This document shows, piece by piece, positions 28,369-48,577 of a stretch of 64,000 nucleotides of DNA. The position numbers and the translations under genes are program-made. A model generated the notes under the pieces. That model saw only the letters and a program-made list of their open reading frames with translations, searched no databases and was not told the origin of the DNA. Location of the stretch: NCBI RefSeq assembly GCF_009914755.1, contig NC_060931.1; one strand, written 5' to 3'. The stretch comes from the human T2T-CHM13v2.0 reference genome, Homo sapiens. The stretch's first letter is position 1. Every line of letters begins with the position of its first letter.

Positions 28369-28690
28369 CAGGGGTTGGCAAACATGTTCTGTAAAGGATT
28401 AGATAATAAATGATTTCGGCTTTGTGGTCTCTGAACTACTCAACACTGCCCTTATACAGCAAAGGCAGTTTTGGGCTATATGTAAATAAATTAATGTTGC
28501 CATGTTCCAATAAACTCTATGTCTAAAAACTGTAATTTTAATTCCATATAATTTTCACATTAGGAAATATTATTCCTCTCTGGATTTTTTCAGCCATTTA
28601 AAAATATGAAAACTCTTCTTAACTCTTTGGCTACACAAAAACAGGCAGCTGGTCAGATTTGGCTCACAGGCCATAATTTGCTGACCCTTG
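28369..28690 (-). mobile_element. MER58B (hAT-Charlie)
   Basis: TIRs caggggttggcaaac / tttgctgacccttg, ~320 bp. Confidence 0.8.
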
Positions 28691-30839
28691 ATATAATTAA
28701 GTCAAACACTGAAAATTAAATTCAGAATTATGAGGCATAAGGTGGTAGAAATAATTTTAATTTAAAATCATGATTTATTGGGTCAATGGCTAAAAGATGG
28801 ATAAAAGTGGAAATAATTTTCTTTGGCGTATCTTTATTATACTAAGTGCCACCATTCAGAAATCATTCTGTGGAAATTCTGAATTAGAATGTATACTAAC
28901 ATTCCTCAATTTTGATAATGTACCAACTGATCAAATTTGGCTTAAATGCATTCTCTTTTTAATTAATTCTCATTGCTTTGCACCAGAGTGGGCTTAATAA
29001 TATTATGGTTCTTCAAACATACCTCAGCAGGTAGCATTTTTTCCTATTAAATATTCACCCTGTATCTAGCCAAAAATTTTCTCCCTGCTTCATCTCTTTA
29101 AGAGTTTATTATCACTGAATTTATTCAGCTACCTTAAAAATGAATGGGGTTTTCAGAGCAAAATAAATACCATAAAATATCTGTGAGTAGAGCTTAATTT
29201 AGCAATTATCTGGAACACTAAAAGTTACTTAGCTTGATTCTGGAATAAGATTGTCTCCTTCTAATAATGGAAACCATTTTGAATTCATGTGTGTAGCTGA
29301 GCCATATGACAGCGGGAATAAAGTACATGCTAAATTTTTCAGGTCCATAACTGCCAAAAAAGCAAAGCAATGAAACATAACAATTTTCTAAAATCCTTTT
29401 GCCAGTTTTTTTTTTTTTTTTATGATTCTAGCCATTATTTTCTGGAATGATAATTTCCAAGTTTAATGTTAAAGTCTTCGATCTAACATCAAATTCAGAG
29501 AAATCATTGTGAAGACTTAAAATAAAATCCTTAAAAAATGGAGTTGGGAGGTTTACTTGCCAATTAAATTCACAGGAAGTTTAAATATGTATGGAAAAGA
29601 GAACACTTATTCCTGAAAGTGATGGACTATTTGGCCACATTGCATGGGAAATATTCATACCTGGATTTGAAATCTCTTTTAACATATAAATTGTGTTCTT
29701 CATTCCAAAATATTTTTGTGGCTCTAAGTTAGTTGTCAGGGAAGGTCAAAGACATTTTAAAAGCATTTTTATTATTTCCATGTCTCTACAGAGAAATGAT
29801 CCTCACAATTTTAAACCAGTAACTGTTCATCTTTTCTTAGAGTATCTCCAAATCTGTGGTCACATGGAAAATAGAAGTCAAAAACATAACAAAACAATAC
29901 AAAAACACTTCTTTTCTTAACTAGAGAATATTTACAACTTGTGACTTGACTTTTCTTACTGAGTAATATTTCAACTAAAATTTTCTATATGGCCTTTTTC
30001 ACGTAGTAATGGTGTTAAGGACATAGACCCAGGACATGAGGCAAGGATTTGTTTCCCAGATTAGTCACTGGCAGCTATAAAACCCTGACCAAAGAATCTC
30101 AGTTTTGACCTTCGGTCTCTGTTTGCTAAAGTAATATAACAATAGCACCTACTTTGAAAGACCACTACAAATACCAAATAAGGCTATGCATGTCATATAC
30201 ATGCTTAATAAATGTTATTATTTTTAGTGTTACTATATTTAGTCCCGTGGAAACACATTTTGCTAACCCCTCTTCTATCTGAGACAACACAGCTTTCTGT
30301 GTTCCTTGGGTGGCATTGGGAAATGGCATATTATGGCCATCTGCCTTCTCCCTGTGGCACCTGGCAGCATTCCCGCCACATGCCAGACACCAATTTTACC
30401 CAAAAGAAAGGTTAGAAAAAAATTAATGTGGGGCATTTACTAACCATCAGAGAGCATAATTATTTCTGTTTGTTTGTTTGTTTAATCAAGGGAGTCCAAT
30501 AAGCTCACACTGTCTTATTAGAAGAAGAAACTTCTTTAATGGCCCAATTTCTAGACTCAGCCATAACCTTGGCTATTTGGAGCATCATAGCACTGATCTG
30601 AAAGACTTTCTCCTCAACGTTAAACTACATCATGGTAATACAATTGGATACAGATGTTCAATTTTGATAACTTATCCACAAAAAAATTGCCATTGCTTGG
30701 TGTTATGATAATTGATATTTCTAACAATGTGCTTAAGGCATTGAATAGGGAGAATAATTCAGTTGAAATAGTACTGGATTAGAGAGGAAACTGATTGTTT
30801 TTTCAGGTCCTCCTGTTTCAAGGTATTGTTTCATCATTT

Positions 30840-31700
30840 ATTCAGTTGTTCAAAATGATCCAGAAACCCAGATCATCCTTGACACCTTCTTTTCCTTACC
30901 TCTTATAACCAATAATCTATTATTGACTCTAATCATTTTCATCCCCCAAATATTTTTTGTATATCTTGAAATTTTTTTCCTTTTTACTACCATGTTCTAA
31001 GGCCTGAACAATTATAGAATTCTTCTAAATGGTCATTACCTCTCCCGCCAATTAATTCCCCACCTAGAATGATCTTGTCACCGTGCACATCTACTCACAT
31101 CACTTTCCTGTTGAAACCTCTCTTTACTTCCATGTTACCCTTAAATTAAAGCTAAACATTTCTCATGAGGGCTCCCAGGTCCTGCTGTTCTGCTCCCACT
31201 GGACCGTATGCCTCACCCCACGCTGCCTCTCTTCTTTCATGTCTTCCTTCGGAACCCTGTACACACCAGGTTCCTTCCCACACTGTACTGTTTTCTCTGC
31301 ATAAGACACTCTTCCCTCTCTTTGGGGCCTAGTTATATCCTTCTCCTCTTTTAGTTTTCAGGTCAATTTTGAGTTTCTTTGAAAGCCTTCCTGGACCTTC
31401 TACAACGAGATCAAACACCTCTATTATACCCTGTCACAGTATAATAGTACCACAGTACCGTAGTATCACAGTTCAAAGGATCATGAACTTTCCTTCACAG
31501 ACCTTATATCATTATTGAAATTTTATATTTGTGGGACTATTTGAGTTATGTGTACCTGCACTGAGTTCAGAGATCATATCTTTTTTTGGTTCACTTTGTA
31601 TTGTTTTCTCTCCATTCATTGTAACACTAGGACAAAATGTCAGCAGCTTCATAGAGATGGAATTCAATAAATGTTTGCTGAAAGAATGAATAAATGAATC
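30840..31700 (+). mobile_element. L2 LINE 3' part
   Basis: Pyrimidine-rich body ending tcaataaatgtttgctgaaagaatgaataaatgaat. Confidence 0.7.
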
Positions 31701-31710
31701 ACTGATATTC

Positions 31711-32003
31711 TTTTTTTGAGATGGAGTCTTGCTCTTGCCACCCAGGATGGAGTGCAGTGGCGCCATCTTGGCTCATTGCAACCACCCCCGTCTCCTGGGT
31801 TCAAGTGATTCTTCTGCCTTAGCTTCCTGAGTAGCTGGAATTATAGGCGTCCACCACCACGCCCAGCTAATTTTTGTATTTTTAGTAGAGATGGGGTTTC
31901 ACATGTTGGCCAGGCCATTCTCAAACTCCTGATCTTGGGTGATCTGCCTGCCCTCGGCCTCTTAGAGTGCTGGAATTACACGCAGGAGCCACTGTGCCTG
32001 GCC
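31711..32003 (-). mobile_element. AluS, full length
   Basis: TSD aatcactgatattctt (31697-31712) / aatcattgatattctt (32004-32019). Confidence 0.95.
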
Positions 32004-32155
32004 AATCATTGATATTCTTGACTTGGCTTGGATAAAAGAGTTGTAAATTATATTTATGGATTTAAAAATCATGTTTAATAATAGCTATTTTGTTCACCTC
32101 ACAGATTTGTCATGAGAATGATATGATATAATCTATCAAAAGTCTTTGAGTTTTT

Positions 32156-33860
<1,705 letters not shown>

Positions 33861-35741
33861 AGTCTTTGAGTTTTTTAAGTCTCCTCCAAAGAAATATATG
33901 CAACTGTCTTCTGAATATTCGAGGAAATAAAAATAATAAACTATGATATTCTAGTCAGTTCATTTTTATTAAGCACTTTAAGTTCAAATTTTTATTTAAA
34001 ATTAGTATTCTATCCCAGGAAGATCCCTGTGAAACAGTGGACTAGTTCTGTATTAGTGATAAGCAGGCTCACTCTTTAAAATTTTCAACAATACAGATTA
34101 TTGCCTTTTAATGAAGAGCTTAGAATGTGGTAGCCTTGTTTTCTAATTTTAATACACAAAATCGGAGATCACAGAAAATTAATAGTTAGAAAAGGCAAGG
34201 TCAGAAGGCAAATGTGAGAGGATAGTCAGGCCCAGACCTTGTGAGTCTATAGTCTGTATCCACCAGCAGAAAGATTTCTAACTGCTAAAAGCAATCAAAC
34301 CTGTGCATTATTATTCTGATGATAACCATCAACTGGGAGATTATTTCCAATTTTGCACATTCCAGAGGAAGATATTCAGTTTCGAACTGGATGTGAATAT
34401 TGGTCCTCTTGCAAACTAATGACAAAATTCTGATAAGTACATACAGTTTTATCATTTTTATCATATTTACAGGCTTGGGTCACATCAATATAAATACATA
34501 AGGTATTACATATCTGGCATATTTCTCATTTAATTTTTAACCTTTCATGTTTTTAGATATTGTGTCCAACATAGATTTGGAGTTCCTACATGAGAATATG
34601 ATTATGAGAGATATTACTATCTGCTAGCCAAAATGAAATTAATTTTTTGAATTGGAAACTAATGACTAGATTAATTCAGGTTTCAAAATAAAGAATAAAA
34701 GAAAAACTTACATTCATTGAACAATATTTAAATTGAATGCATTAAAGTGAAGAGTGACAAGAATGTAAGTTTAATTGTAAACATAACATTTGGGATGGAA
34801 AACATTTAAAATATGCTATGACAAGAAAAAAATCTTTAAAATATTTTTATACAAAAAGCAATCATATCTAATCAGCTTGGCATTAATTAAGCTCTAATAA
34901 TGTACTTCAGTATCTTTCCAAAGTAGTATGATCCATTTCCCCTTTATCCAGGTCGATTTGTGCACATTATGGTGTCATCATAATTTTAAAACATACTGAG
35001 AAAATGACAGAGCTGCAAAATTAAAATAAATGATTAATGGTATTTTTTTTTCATGTTTTGTACTAATAGGTATTACTGAGCCTTTAAATTAATAGAGCTG
35101 TCAAGCTCACGGGTGTTACAGATCCAGCAATGAACCAAAATGGAAATTATATATTCCAGAGACACCTAAAGATGACACCTTGGAATATTTTAAATTTTAA
35201 TTAGTAGGTGCAATGGTTTTGTTCCCCTGTAACTACTGCAAATTAATTGGAAATTAGTCACAATCAATCCTTTTTTTTTAACCAATCTGAAATGAAAAGC
35301 TTGGTGCTTTACATCTTAACATTGTTGCTTGAGGGCCAGAAAGCATACAAGCAGTAAATTGTGTTGTCAATTACAAAAAACAACAATTGTTATGAAATTA
35401 GGAAAAATTATGCACAGGTAAACCAAACTAATTAATGCATAAGTAACAGGGGAACACACAAAATAATGTCCAACTAAACACTGATGTGCCAGTCTTTGGA
35501 AAAATAAATGTTTAAAATTGTAAATTTATGCAAAAGCATTTACTAATGAAGATTTAGGTAAAAAGGTGCTTTTAGTTTATGTTTTATTTAATTGCTTTTG
35601 GAGTCTCACTACCACTCACACCTTAAAACATATACTCACAAGAACAGCAGTCTGCTCATGCCAGTATGTTTCAAGGGGGCAGAAGACTATTAATTTTCTC
35701 TCTTCAAATTATCAACATTTAGGCTTATTAAATAACAAACT

Positions 35742-36066
<325 letters not shown>

Positions 36067-38579
36067 CCTCACCACCACAACAACAACAAAAAATACTGTA
36101 GTATTTATTTCTTTAACAGATATCTATAGTATTTAAATATTAGGCAAAATGCAATTTCTAGGCACATCAGGAAAATACTAATTATCTACACCTACCTGTT
36201 AAAGCATTTTCTTACTGTTTACATATGGGTTAGTCTTTTTCTTTCATCACTAAAAATACACGTTCTTCTGTTGATTTTTTCTCCCACTCTGGTAAAATAA
36301 GCCATTAGAGCAACTTAAGATTCTTTAAAAACGGTGTGTCTACCAAGTCAGCAAGTGTTGCTACAATCGCTGTGCAACTTTTAACTAGAAAATAATATTA
36401 TTTTCACATTTTCAAAACAAGGCTACTATCCAGATAATGAAACTGGTACATTAAGAATTATTTAATGATATTTAAAGTTAAAGAATTTAATGCAACGGTC
36501 TTGGGAGATTCAAGAGTTATGTAACTATGCGGATAAACTTCATCGCACTATTTCAGAGCACTGTTTTCAGTGCATCTATTCTAGATGAGTTTTAACATGA
36601 TTTTCTTTTTATGTAATTATGAAAGTTAAACATTATGATAAAACAATGTCCTTCTTTAATATCAGTTTAACTGTAAATGATAACGAGGAAACAATAATGA
36701 TGTTGCTACATTTTCTGTAACACTTTGGCCGAATTTCAAAGATGTCAAATACTGTCCCACTGTAGAATAACATGGGTTTAACTTTTTGGGGGGGTATAAT
36801 TGGGGATTACAGGGAATTTAGTCTAAATTATGAAAAAGAAGAAAATTCAGATGTATTATTAAATATAACAATACTTAATATATACCAGAAATTAATTAAT
36901 GCTTTCTTAATATCACTAAATGTGATATATGGTAATTTTCAACAACCATTCAATATTTCTTTGTGACTCGTAGGTAGCAGGTTTTAGGACTAGGAAAATA
37001 ATTCCAAGAAAAATATTAAATAACTCTCCAAAGTCCAGAAGTCACTAAAAAAGCAAAGACAAGACCGTGGATTCCAGCCCTCATTTCTATTTTCTACCCC
37101 TTTGGATAGTAAACTTCCTAAGCAGTTTTTCCCCTCCTTCCTTACAGATATCCCAGAAAACATTATTTTCAAGGAGTGAAAAATATTTTTAACCTCAGAC
37201 TACATTGAATTTCTGTTAAAGTGCTAGGAAAGTTGACTATTTCAGTTGCAGATGCCAACTTTCTCAAAATAACTTTTAAAATAGTAGAACCTAGAATAGG
37301 TTTTAAATAAAAATCTGGTAAACAGAAGTTTTAATAAAATGGCTGAGATTCTGTAATAAAAGAGTGGTAAGGTTGTACAACTTACTAATTTGTTTCCAGT
37401 CCTCTGTTCTGTGATTAGTTAATTTACATAGGAGGTAAAAGGAGATCCACCTATCACAAAAAAATGCGAATTCTAGCTATTTTTTAATTTCTCAAATTTG
37501 CCCTATTCCTGCTATAAATCTTTTCTCATGTACTGTTTATATTTAGGCTTTAGTAGCTTCTAGTCAAGAAACATAGTTCTATCCCCAAGTTAAATTAAAA
37601 AATACCTATTGTTTCTTGAACTAAAAATTAAGATATAAGCACATAGACTATGGGAAAAAAGTGATCAACGGATTCCATTATATTTTCCAATATATATTAT
37701 GTGAAGTGCTCATTTAAATGGTATTTGAAATAGAAAGGATTTTCATGATATTCAACTTCGAATGGGCCTTTGAAAGGACCATTAAAACAATCTCTTCTTA
37801 CAATGGTTTATGTTGCTTCTTCACGTAGATGCCCTAGGCTGTGTTTGCTAAGTGTGGAACTGCTAAAGAAAGCCAAAATATAAAGGAGTCTCATTGGACT
37901 ACTGTCTGTTTTACACCTGTGCTCCTTTATTCATCACTGCACATTTCAGAAAGCCTCAGAAGCATGGTATTTCTTCCTTTCTGAACCTTTTATCCTTAGG
38001 CAAACAAGCTTAACGAACTGCTGACAATTTCAGCAATAATAAAAGGTAGGAACAGTCCCGGTTCTATAACTCTTTGTTTCATGACCTTGGACATTCACCT
38101 AACCTCATCCGTATAGTCTAAAAGTCTCTTATACTAACAGATAACTTACTTGGAATAGTCCTAAAATGTGTTCGCCTACAATGTAATTTAAAAAAGAAAA
38201 TCTCATGTGGTCATCCACATCATTACTCGCCTATAGAAATACCTAAAACCTTAATCTTATAAGTGGGTAAAAACAACTAAACTTTTTTGGTCAATTATTT
38301 TCTCTCAATGTGGTAAATGCTGTCTCAAACTGCTTAAATCTGGGGCACAAGAGTAGAAAAAATATCAGTGATGTTTTCTCAAATTGGGTATGTTTTAAGA
38401 TTCAAGGTTTAGGGCATTTATTAGACTTATTTAGTATTTTTGGAAGGAATATGAAAATGGGGAATAATCTATGAAATCTCCAAGTCAGCACGTAGGTAGT
38501 TCTAGCTAATAATATGCCAATCTGATGGAGAGAATTTAGCCAGATCTCAAAATAGTCATAAACAAGAAAATCTAATGGT

Positions 38580-40660
<2,081 letters not shown>

Positions 40661-41110
40661 AATTGCACTATGTAAGAAGACATTTGCAAAGTATGAAGGG
40701 GAATTAAAGATGAAATTTAAAAATGCTTACAATTAAGTCAGAAGAGCTGGATGCAGGCATGCGTAGCCGAAATACAAGTCTGTGAATTGGAATGCTGTTA
40801 AGAAGATATCAACAGAGTCACAGGAGTACAAAGGATCAGGCAAATATTTCTGACAGATGGGAAGTTAAAAAGGCTTCATGAGGAAATTGCTTCTAAGCTT
40901 GGCATTGAAGGAAGAGATTTTATTTTATTTTTAGTATGTATGTATTTATATCTCATTGCCTTCCAGAAAGATTTTGAAGTAACTTATAAAAATACATATA
41001 TCCCAATAGGACAGAATAATTAATTCAGGCAATCTGACTAAAAGGGGAAAATTATGTGTATGAAATTAATAAACCATAGGTAAGACTAGATGAAAGAAAT
41101 GCAAACCATG

Positions 41111-41554
<444 letters not shown>

Positions 41555-41882
41555 CTATGCATGGTAATCCTCTGGGAAGTGGTTCCTATGAGGCATAGCA
41601 GTCTGGTCCCGGCCTTGGGAGAATAATTGAATGTCATGACAAAGATTCTGAACTTTTTTCTGTGTAAAATGAGGAGGCATTGAACTTTGAGATCAAGGGA
41701 GTAAGATCATCATAGCTGTGTTGGTCAGTAGTAATTCTGGCAACAATATGATGGATAGCTTTGGCTGCAGTGGGAAGCAAAATATGTATTACATAAAAAT
41801 AAATAATATAAATAAGATGAAAAGGGATTTTCTGTTTTAAATGATAGAGTTGTAATTAATTATTAGTATTAGAAATACATTA

Positions 41883-42353
<471 letters not shown>

Positions 42354-43879
42354 TTACTTGACTTCTCTGGCTTCAGGTTTTTTCTTAAATTTATAATATG
42401 GGGATTATAATAACTTTACTGACATCTTAGGGTTGCTGTGGAAATTAAATAAGTAATAAACATGTACACATACAACAGAAACTGGTACATGGTAAGCAAG
42501 GTAAATTTTATATCTAGGTATTGTCACCAGGGTTTCCTCCAAATATCTCCAGGCTGTTCTTATGTCTTGAAAAATCCAGCAACCTTTGTCTAGTTGATAT
42601 TAACTTGCTGGGTCTTGAAAAACTTAAATTTATACAACCTTTTCCTTTATATCTTAATGGCCTGAGATTATTGTGTATTTAGCAAGCGATTAAAGAGTAA
42701 CTAACACTTTAATGTTATGATCATTTTAATGATTTGAAAAAACAAACACATAAACAAAAAATGTAATAAGCTCCAGAATACTGTTTTTCTTTTTGAATAG
42801 TCTGTATTTTAAAGTTATGGTGGGATGTGTGAAAAGAAGTGTCAAAATGAACTCTAGATAACTGCAGTAGCTAGAGCAACAGAGAAAAGACCAAGTCTTC
42901 CTAGTAGAGGACACAAACAAAGGCAAAGCAAGCAGTCAGTGTCCAAGTCAAGGAGGTGCTAGTGTCAGGGAGGGGAACTGGCAGTCAAGTCAGAAAATAG
43001 CATCTCATGGAATGGGTCACACAGTAGAAGTCTGGGCAGTAGGAGACAGGTGCTCATAGGGTACCCAGGATTTGAAAGGATCATACCTAAGACAGCAAGA
43101 CTAGCAGGCTTGGTGGGGATTGGTCCCGCACCAGGTCAGGGCTCAATTGCACAATGAAGGTAGTTGTAAGCTAAGACTGGGCAAACAGGTTTAAGATCTT
43201 AAGAGGTATTATGCCAGGGAAGGTACAGAAAAAAGGCAAAGAGGGGTTAAAACATACATAAATGTTTTCTAGAAGTTGCCGTGGCCTCAGCTATCACTTT
43301 GTAGAGTCTTCTTAGTCTACCTGTGATCATTTCACTATTTAATGTATAATCTGTTCATGATTTCCTTTCCGTTCTCTACCACATGGAAGGAAGTTTCAGG
43401 AGTTTTTTTCTGTCTTCATCATAAACAAAATACCCAGAGTAATTTTGCATTAAAATCTTGTTGGCACTACTTTTCATAAATGTGTCATGAGTAATAATAC
43501 ATGCCTATTAATATTTCAAATAATTAACAGAATGCAGCTTTTTGAATGTGCAAAAGCAATGTATAATTGATAATCCAGAGGGAAGTGGCCCAAAGAAGTT
43601 TAATCATACCATACAGGAAATAGAAGGATTAAATCTTTTGAGATTGAGAAAGAATTTCTTCTCTGATACATTCAAATTCTTTGCTTTGAGAATATAATGA
43701 ATAAAGATAACTCAAAATAACTTTTACATGTATTTATATATAAAAATATGTGAATGAATTGCTAGCCAACCTACATTATGTTCAGTGAAAGAAGATTTAG
43801 TAGAAAAACACTTTTTAAAAATGTTATACTACCCTAAGAAGTATTTCAGAAATTTGCAAATTCAAAGTGCATTTGGTAT

Positions 43880-44750
43880 TGGCAATCTAATTATGTGTGA
43901 GGTACAGTGCTACGCTCTGGGGCTACCAAGATGATCCAAATCATGGTCCATGACCTCAGTAAGCCTGTGTCTAAAAGGAGCTGGACATATAACTGAGAAT
44001 TCCAACGTAATGTTGTTATTGTTTTGATAAAACTGAAACACTGAGGCTGAGCTTTTAGGCTATTTGGAGAAAAAGGAGTGGAGAAGTGGAAGGAGGGGTT
44101 GTGCTCAGGGAAGCATTTATGGAGGAGGGACAGCAAGGAATGAGCCTCAAAAGATGTGTTGTGTTACCAAACTAAAGAAGAGGAAAAATTTGTTTGGACA
44201 AGAGGGAAGCGCATGAAAAGACTTTTTAAAAAGTAAGAGATTATGTTGGTAAAACAGGAAGCCTCACTCAAACCACATTTTATCAGACAGAGAGTAACTA
44301 AACAATATTTTAAGTAGAAGAGTGCCATGGTGAGATTCATATTTTATAGTGACTATTCTGATAGAAATGTGAAGCATGGACTTAATTGGAACAAAAATTG
44401 AGATGGGGAAATATTGATGTGGTTTTGCCAGGAATGAGAGAGAAATGAATTGGGCCAAATCTAAAACAGTGGTTAATAGGGAGAGAAAGAAAGGAAAAGA
44501 TTCCAGAAATAGGTCATATCATTATATGGACACGTAAATTGGATTTGAGGGTATATAGAGAAGTACAGGATGACTTTCAGATTTCTAGCTTAGGAAACAC
44601 CAGGTGTTTCAATGGTTTCACTATCTCAGTATGATAGAGGGAAGAATCGCAGATCTAGGATGTGAGAAGACCTCATCTGGGGAAGGAGAGATATGGGGAG
44701 GCAAATGATGAGTCCATTTTAGTTGTAATAAATTTGAGGTTCCTGAGGCT
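43880..44750 (-). mobile_element. L2 LINE fragment(s)
   Basis: tatgtgtgaggtacagtgctacgctctgggg...; ggatgactttcagatttctagctt; gatgagtccatttt...tttgaggt. Confidence 0.6.
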
Positions 44751-45361
44751 TTGAATAGTCACTTCTCACTTAAACTTTACTGGTCATGTGTCACTTAAAA
44801 TAAATGGGTAGTAAAGGGGTGCTGGTTGTACAGATACAAAATAAAATCTTACCTAGTCTATGTCCTCTCCTATCCTACCACTCTATTCCCTCTACCCTCC
44901 ACCCCAAGCTGCTCTTTCTTCTTCCCATTATAAGAACATATTGACTACAGAATCATATGTTCTACATGCTCAGGAGGAAGGATGGGGGAGGAAGAAGAAA
45001 GAATAAAATAGACTCTGGAGTCTGGCCTAAAGACAGCTCTTCTAAGACAATTTTCAATATATACTCTCTTCTAGAATTAATATTGTCTTTAGTTTGATAT
45101 GCTTATTATCACAAGCAATAGTTATATGGCTAAAATAATTGTGTTAACTCAGTGACTATTACAAAACAATGAATACAGGAGCACTTAAAAATTTATGTTG
45201 ATGGCTTTACAGTGACAGAATCTAGATGGTCCTAAAAATAATTACCAAGTGCATATTTGAAGAATGAGTACTAAGCTCTTTGGTTTTTTCTTTTCCTGAT
45301 CTTTGAACTCAATATTGGTGAAATTTATAAATGTATCTTACATTAATTTTTCTATTAGTGA

Positions 45362-45505
45362 CTTTTTTATTGTGGTAAAATATACATAACATAAAATTCA
45401 CCACGTTAACTTACATTTTTAAGTGTGCAGTTCAATGGCACCAAGTGCAATCACATTGTTGTGTCACCATCACTACCCACCAACTCCAAAACTTGTATTA
45501 TCTTG
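45362..45505 (-). mobile_element. L1MB/MC 3' end fragment
   Basis: ttttattgtggtaaaatatacataacataaaatt...tttaagtgtgcagttcaatggca. Confidence 0.75.
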
Positions 45506-46654
45506 ATATTTAAGCATTAATTGATATTTCTGTTTTATATATTCTACTAATAGAAAAAACAGAACTTCTGCTCTCCTCTAAAATTATGTCTAGAGCAATT
45601 CTTTCATAAATTGAATATCAGCTTACAGATATTTAAATTCAGCAGAGAATTTAAACATTGTAGCATTCTTATTTTCTGTAAGAAAAATATTGGGTTATTC
45701 AACTGAAGCAAAAAACGCTCCATAGTTAACCATACCAATGCTATGAATACTAAATATTCTCTTCAATTACAGTGAAATTTAAAGTTCAGAACCCCATGCG
45801 GCTGTGGGAAAAGTAGAGTATGCCAGAATGTAAAATCACAATAATGAGCCATAGTCTACTATGATTCTTGGCCTACTGTAAGCTGCAATAAATGTTTTAA
45901 ATGAATAAGTGAGTTTACAAGGGAAGAAAATTAATATAAGTTACATAAAATTTTTATTAATTTAACAATTGTAAGTCATGATAGTTAACAGGTGAAATGA
46001 ATGTCTTATTACTTATTGAAATAAAAATTAACAAAAGTAGTTAAAAGTGCTTGTGTTAAACAAGCTTAAATTATTCTAACACATTAATTAAATTTCAATA
46101 GGCAGACATTTTCAAGCTGGAGAAGCTTGAAAGGTAGTCAGGGAGAAAGGTAGTCCGTCATTTACCAAAGGTCACACACTCTGGAGGGAGATTTCCAGCA
46201 TGCACCGGGGCCATTTTGTGTTGAGCTTCACAGTAAGGAGCAGAGATGAAGCGTGCAGATGCTGGAGTCAGACTACCTGGGTTTCCATTTCTACTTTGCT
46301 ATTTATTAGCTGTGTAGAATTAGATGAACTATTTAACCTTTGTCTTCCTCAGTTATTTCCTTCATAAAATAAGGCTAACCATATAATTTTTGTGAGAATT
46401 AAATGCATCAACATGGGTCAAGTGTCTCCAACTGGATGTACAGGACATTCTAAGAACTTTTTTTAGGATATTACCATAGCTGTGACCGCTTCTCGACTCA
46501 AAACATGGAATAAGGGCTAAATGCCTCTTCTCCTGAGAAGAGTCCAAAATAATACAAAGAGTATTCATGGACGCTAGTTGGTTTTATTTCTTTGATTTAC
46601 TTATTCTTTTGTTACCAAGGCTGATGAAAAGTGACTTTTCATTAAAAACACCGC

Positions 46655-46850
46655 TACCAACCACTACTGTCTTGCATCACAACCACCACCATTGCAACTA
46701 CCATCACCACCATTACCACGAGTTTTACCACTATTTCCACCATCACGGTAGCAGCTATTACCCCCACCACCATCATAACCATCACCACCTCTGCAATAGC
46801 ATCACCACCATCACTATCACCATTATCATCACTATCACCATCACCATCAT
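46655..46850. repeat. Degenerate (CAC/CAT)n trinucleotide repeat
   Basis: About 195 bp of caccat/caccac/cactat units. Confidence 0.9.
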
Positions 46851-47852
46851 TAAAAACAACATTTTTAACATCCATGTGAATAGAATAATGTGAATTTAGA
46901 AGTGTCATTTGGAGAGTGAAGGATCACAGAAAAGATGTATGTGTACACATACTGGTGAAGGGAGGAAAAAGATTTAGTGTTCAGGCAGCTAAAGGAATAC
47001 ACCAGAAACAAAGATGAAGTAATGTTTATGTGTTATACACAACGTTTGAGCCAGTAGTTTCAGAGTAAAACCATTACAAAGGTAAAATGAAAAATTCCTT
47101 CTTACATGCTAATCTGTGCTGTTTGAAATCTGTAACTAAGGTTGTTTACAGTAGTGGTTGAGAGAATGGGCTTTAATTAAAGAGTCTTGGATTTTAGTTC
47201 CATATCTACTTCATACCTGCCCTTGAGTATGCTATTTAACCTCCCAGAACTTGTATTTTCTCCATCTAAAAAATGGTGGTTCCATTATTTAGAATTTGTG
47301 TGAATATTTAATACATACTCACATATAACATAAGCATTCAGCACAATGCTTGTGCAAGATTAAGACCTTCCCCTGTTGCCCTCTAATCAGTTTCTCTCCA
47401 AATTTTAACTACTCAGTAAATCACACTATCATTCTTAGGTAAGAGTTGACTTCAATTCAGCCCTTTCTCTCCTCCACCTCCTGCACCCCCAGGAACTCAT
47501 TAATAAATTTTTCCTGTTCTACCTCTGGAATATAGCTTACATTCATCCACTTTGATTTTACTTCCCTGCTGCCATCTTTGCCCAAGCCCAGAGTACTAGG
47601 ATAGACCAATCTCTCAGTTGCTGCTCAATACAATCAATCCTCCACAGAGCAGCCAATGTGAACTTAAAAAAATGTAAATCAGATGATGCTTAAAGTTTTC
47701 AGTAGTTTCCTATTGTACTTAGAATCAAAATTTAGCTCTTTACCGTCAATTTTTTTTCTACATGATTTGTTCTCTGTCTACCTTTTCTACTTAAACTCTT
47801 ACCATTCTCCCCTAATTCTAGAAGCTTTGGTCACACCACCCTCCTTAGTGTC

Positions 47853-48035
47853 TTTTTTTTGGGGGGGATGGAATTTCACTCTGTCACCCGGGCTGAAGTG
47901 CGGTGGCACAATCTCAGCTCACTGCAACCTCCGCCTCCCGGGTTCAAGTGATTCTCCTGCCTCAGCCTCCTGAGTAGCTGGGACTACAGGTGCGTGTCAC
48001 CAAGCCCAGCTAAGTTTTTTTTTTATTTTTTTTAA
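47853..48035 (-). mobile_element. Alu right arm only (5'-truncated), within an L2 relic (~47370-48320)
   Basis: Reverse-complement right monomer ending in the linker T-run. No left arm. Confidence 0.9.
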
Positions 48036-48577
48036 TTTTATACTAAGCTTTTGGCTATGTCCTTTCAAAGAGGTCTCCCTTATCTCAAGTAGTATTTATT
48101 CTCCACACCTAATCCAGCTTCTTATCATCATTTCACCTTATTTTTTAATAACTCTCACAGTCTGAAGTTATATTTATCATGTAGTTGTTTATTTATTCGG
48201 TCCTCTATTATAGGAATGTAAGTAACTTGAAGGAAATTACACTGTTGGTCTTGTTCATGTGTCTACTCCCAGTGCCAAAAGCAGTTCCTAGCATGTTTTT
48301 GAAATGCAATAAAATATTCACTATGCAAATGAAAACTGATTTTTTTTTGAGAGGGGCAGTGTCTGCCTTAAATAATACCTCATTCTGGAAAACACAATTA
48401 ATTATGGTAGAAACTGGAGAGAAATTTTTTTCTTATGGAGAAGAAAGCCCTCAAATCCCCAAATGGAGGCATAGAAAAGCTGAGAAATAAGTTCACATAT
48501 AAGCTTAGGTCTGCATTTCTTGCAAATAATATTCTAATAATGTGCTCTGAAATAAACAAAAAAGTTTCAGATAAACT

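Noticed and set aside
46567-46908. His-rich (+) and Val/Met-rich (-) ORFs
   Set aside because: Translation of a degenerate CAC/CAT repeat, with no splice or domain support.
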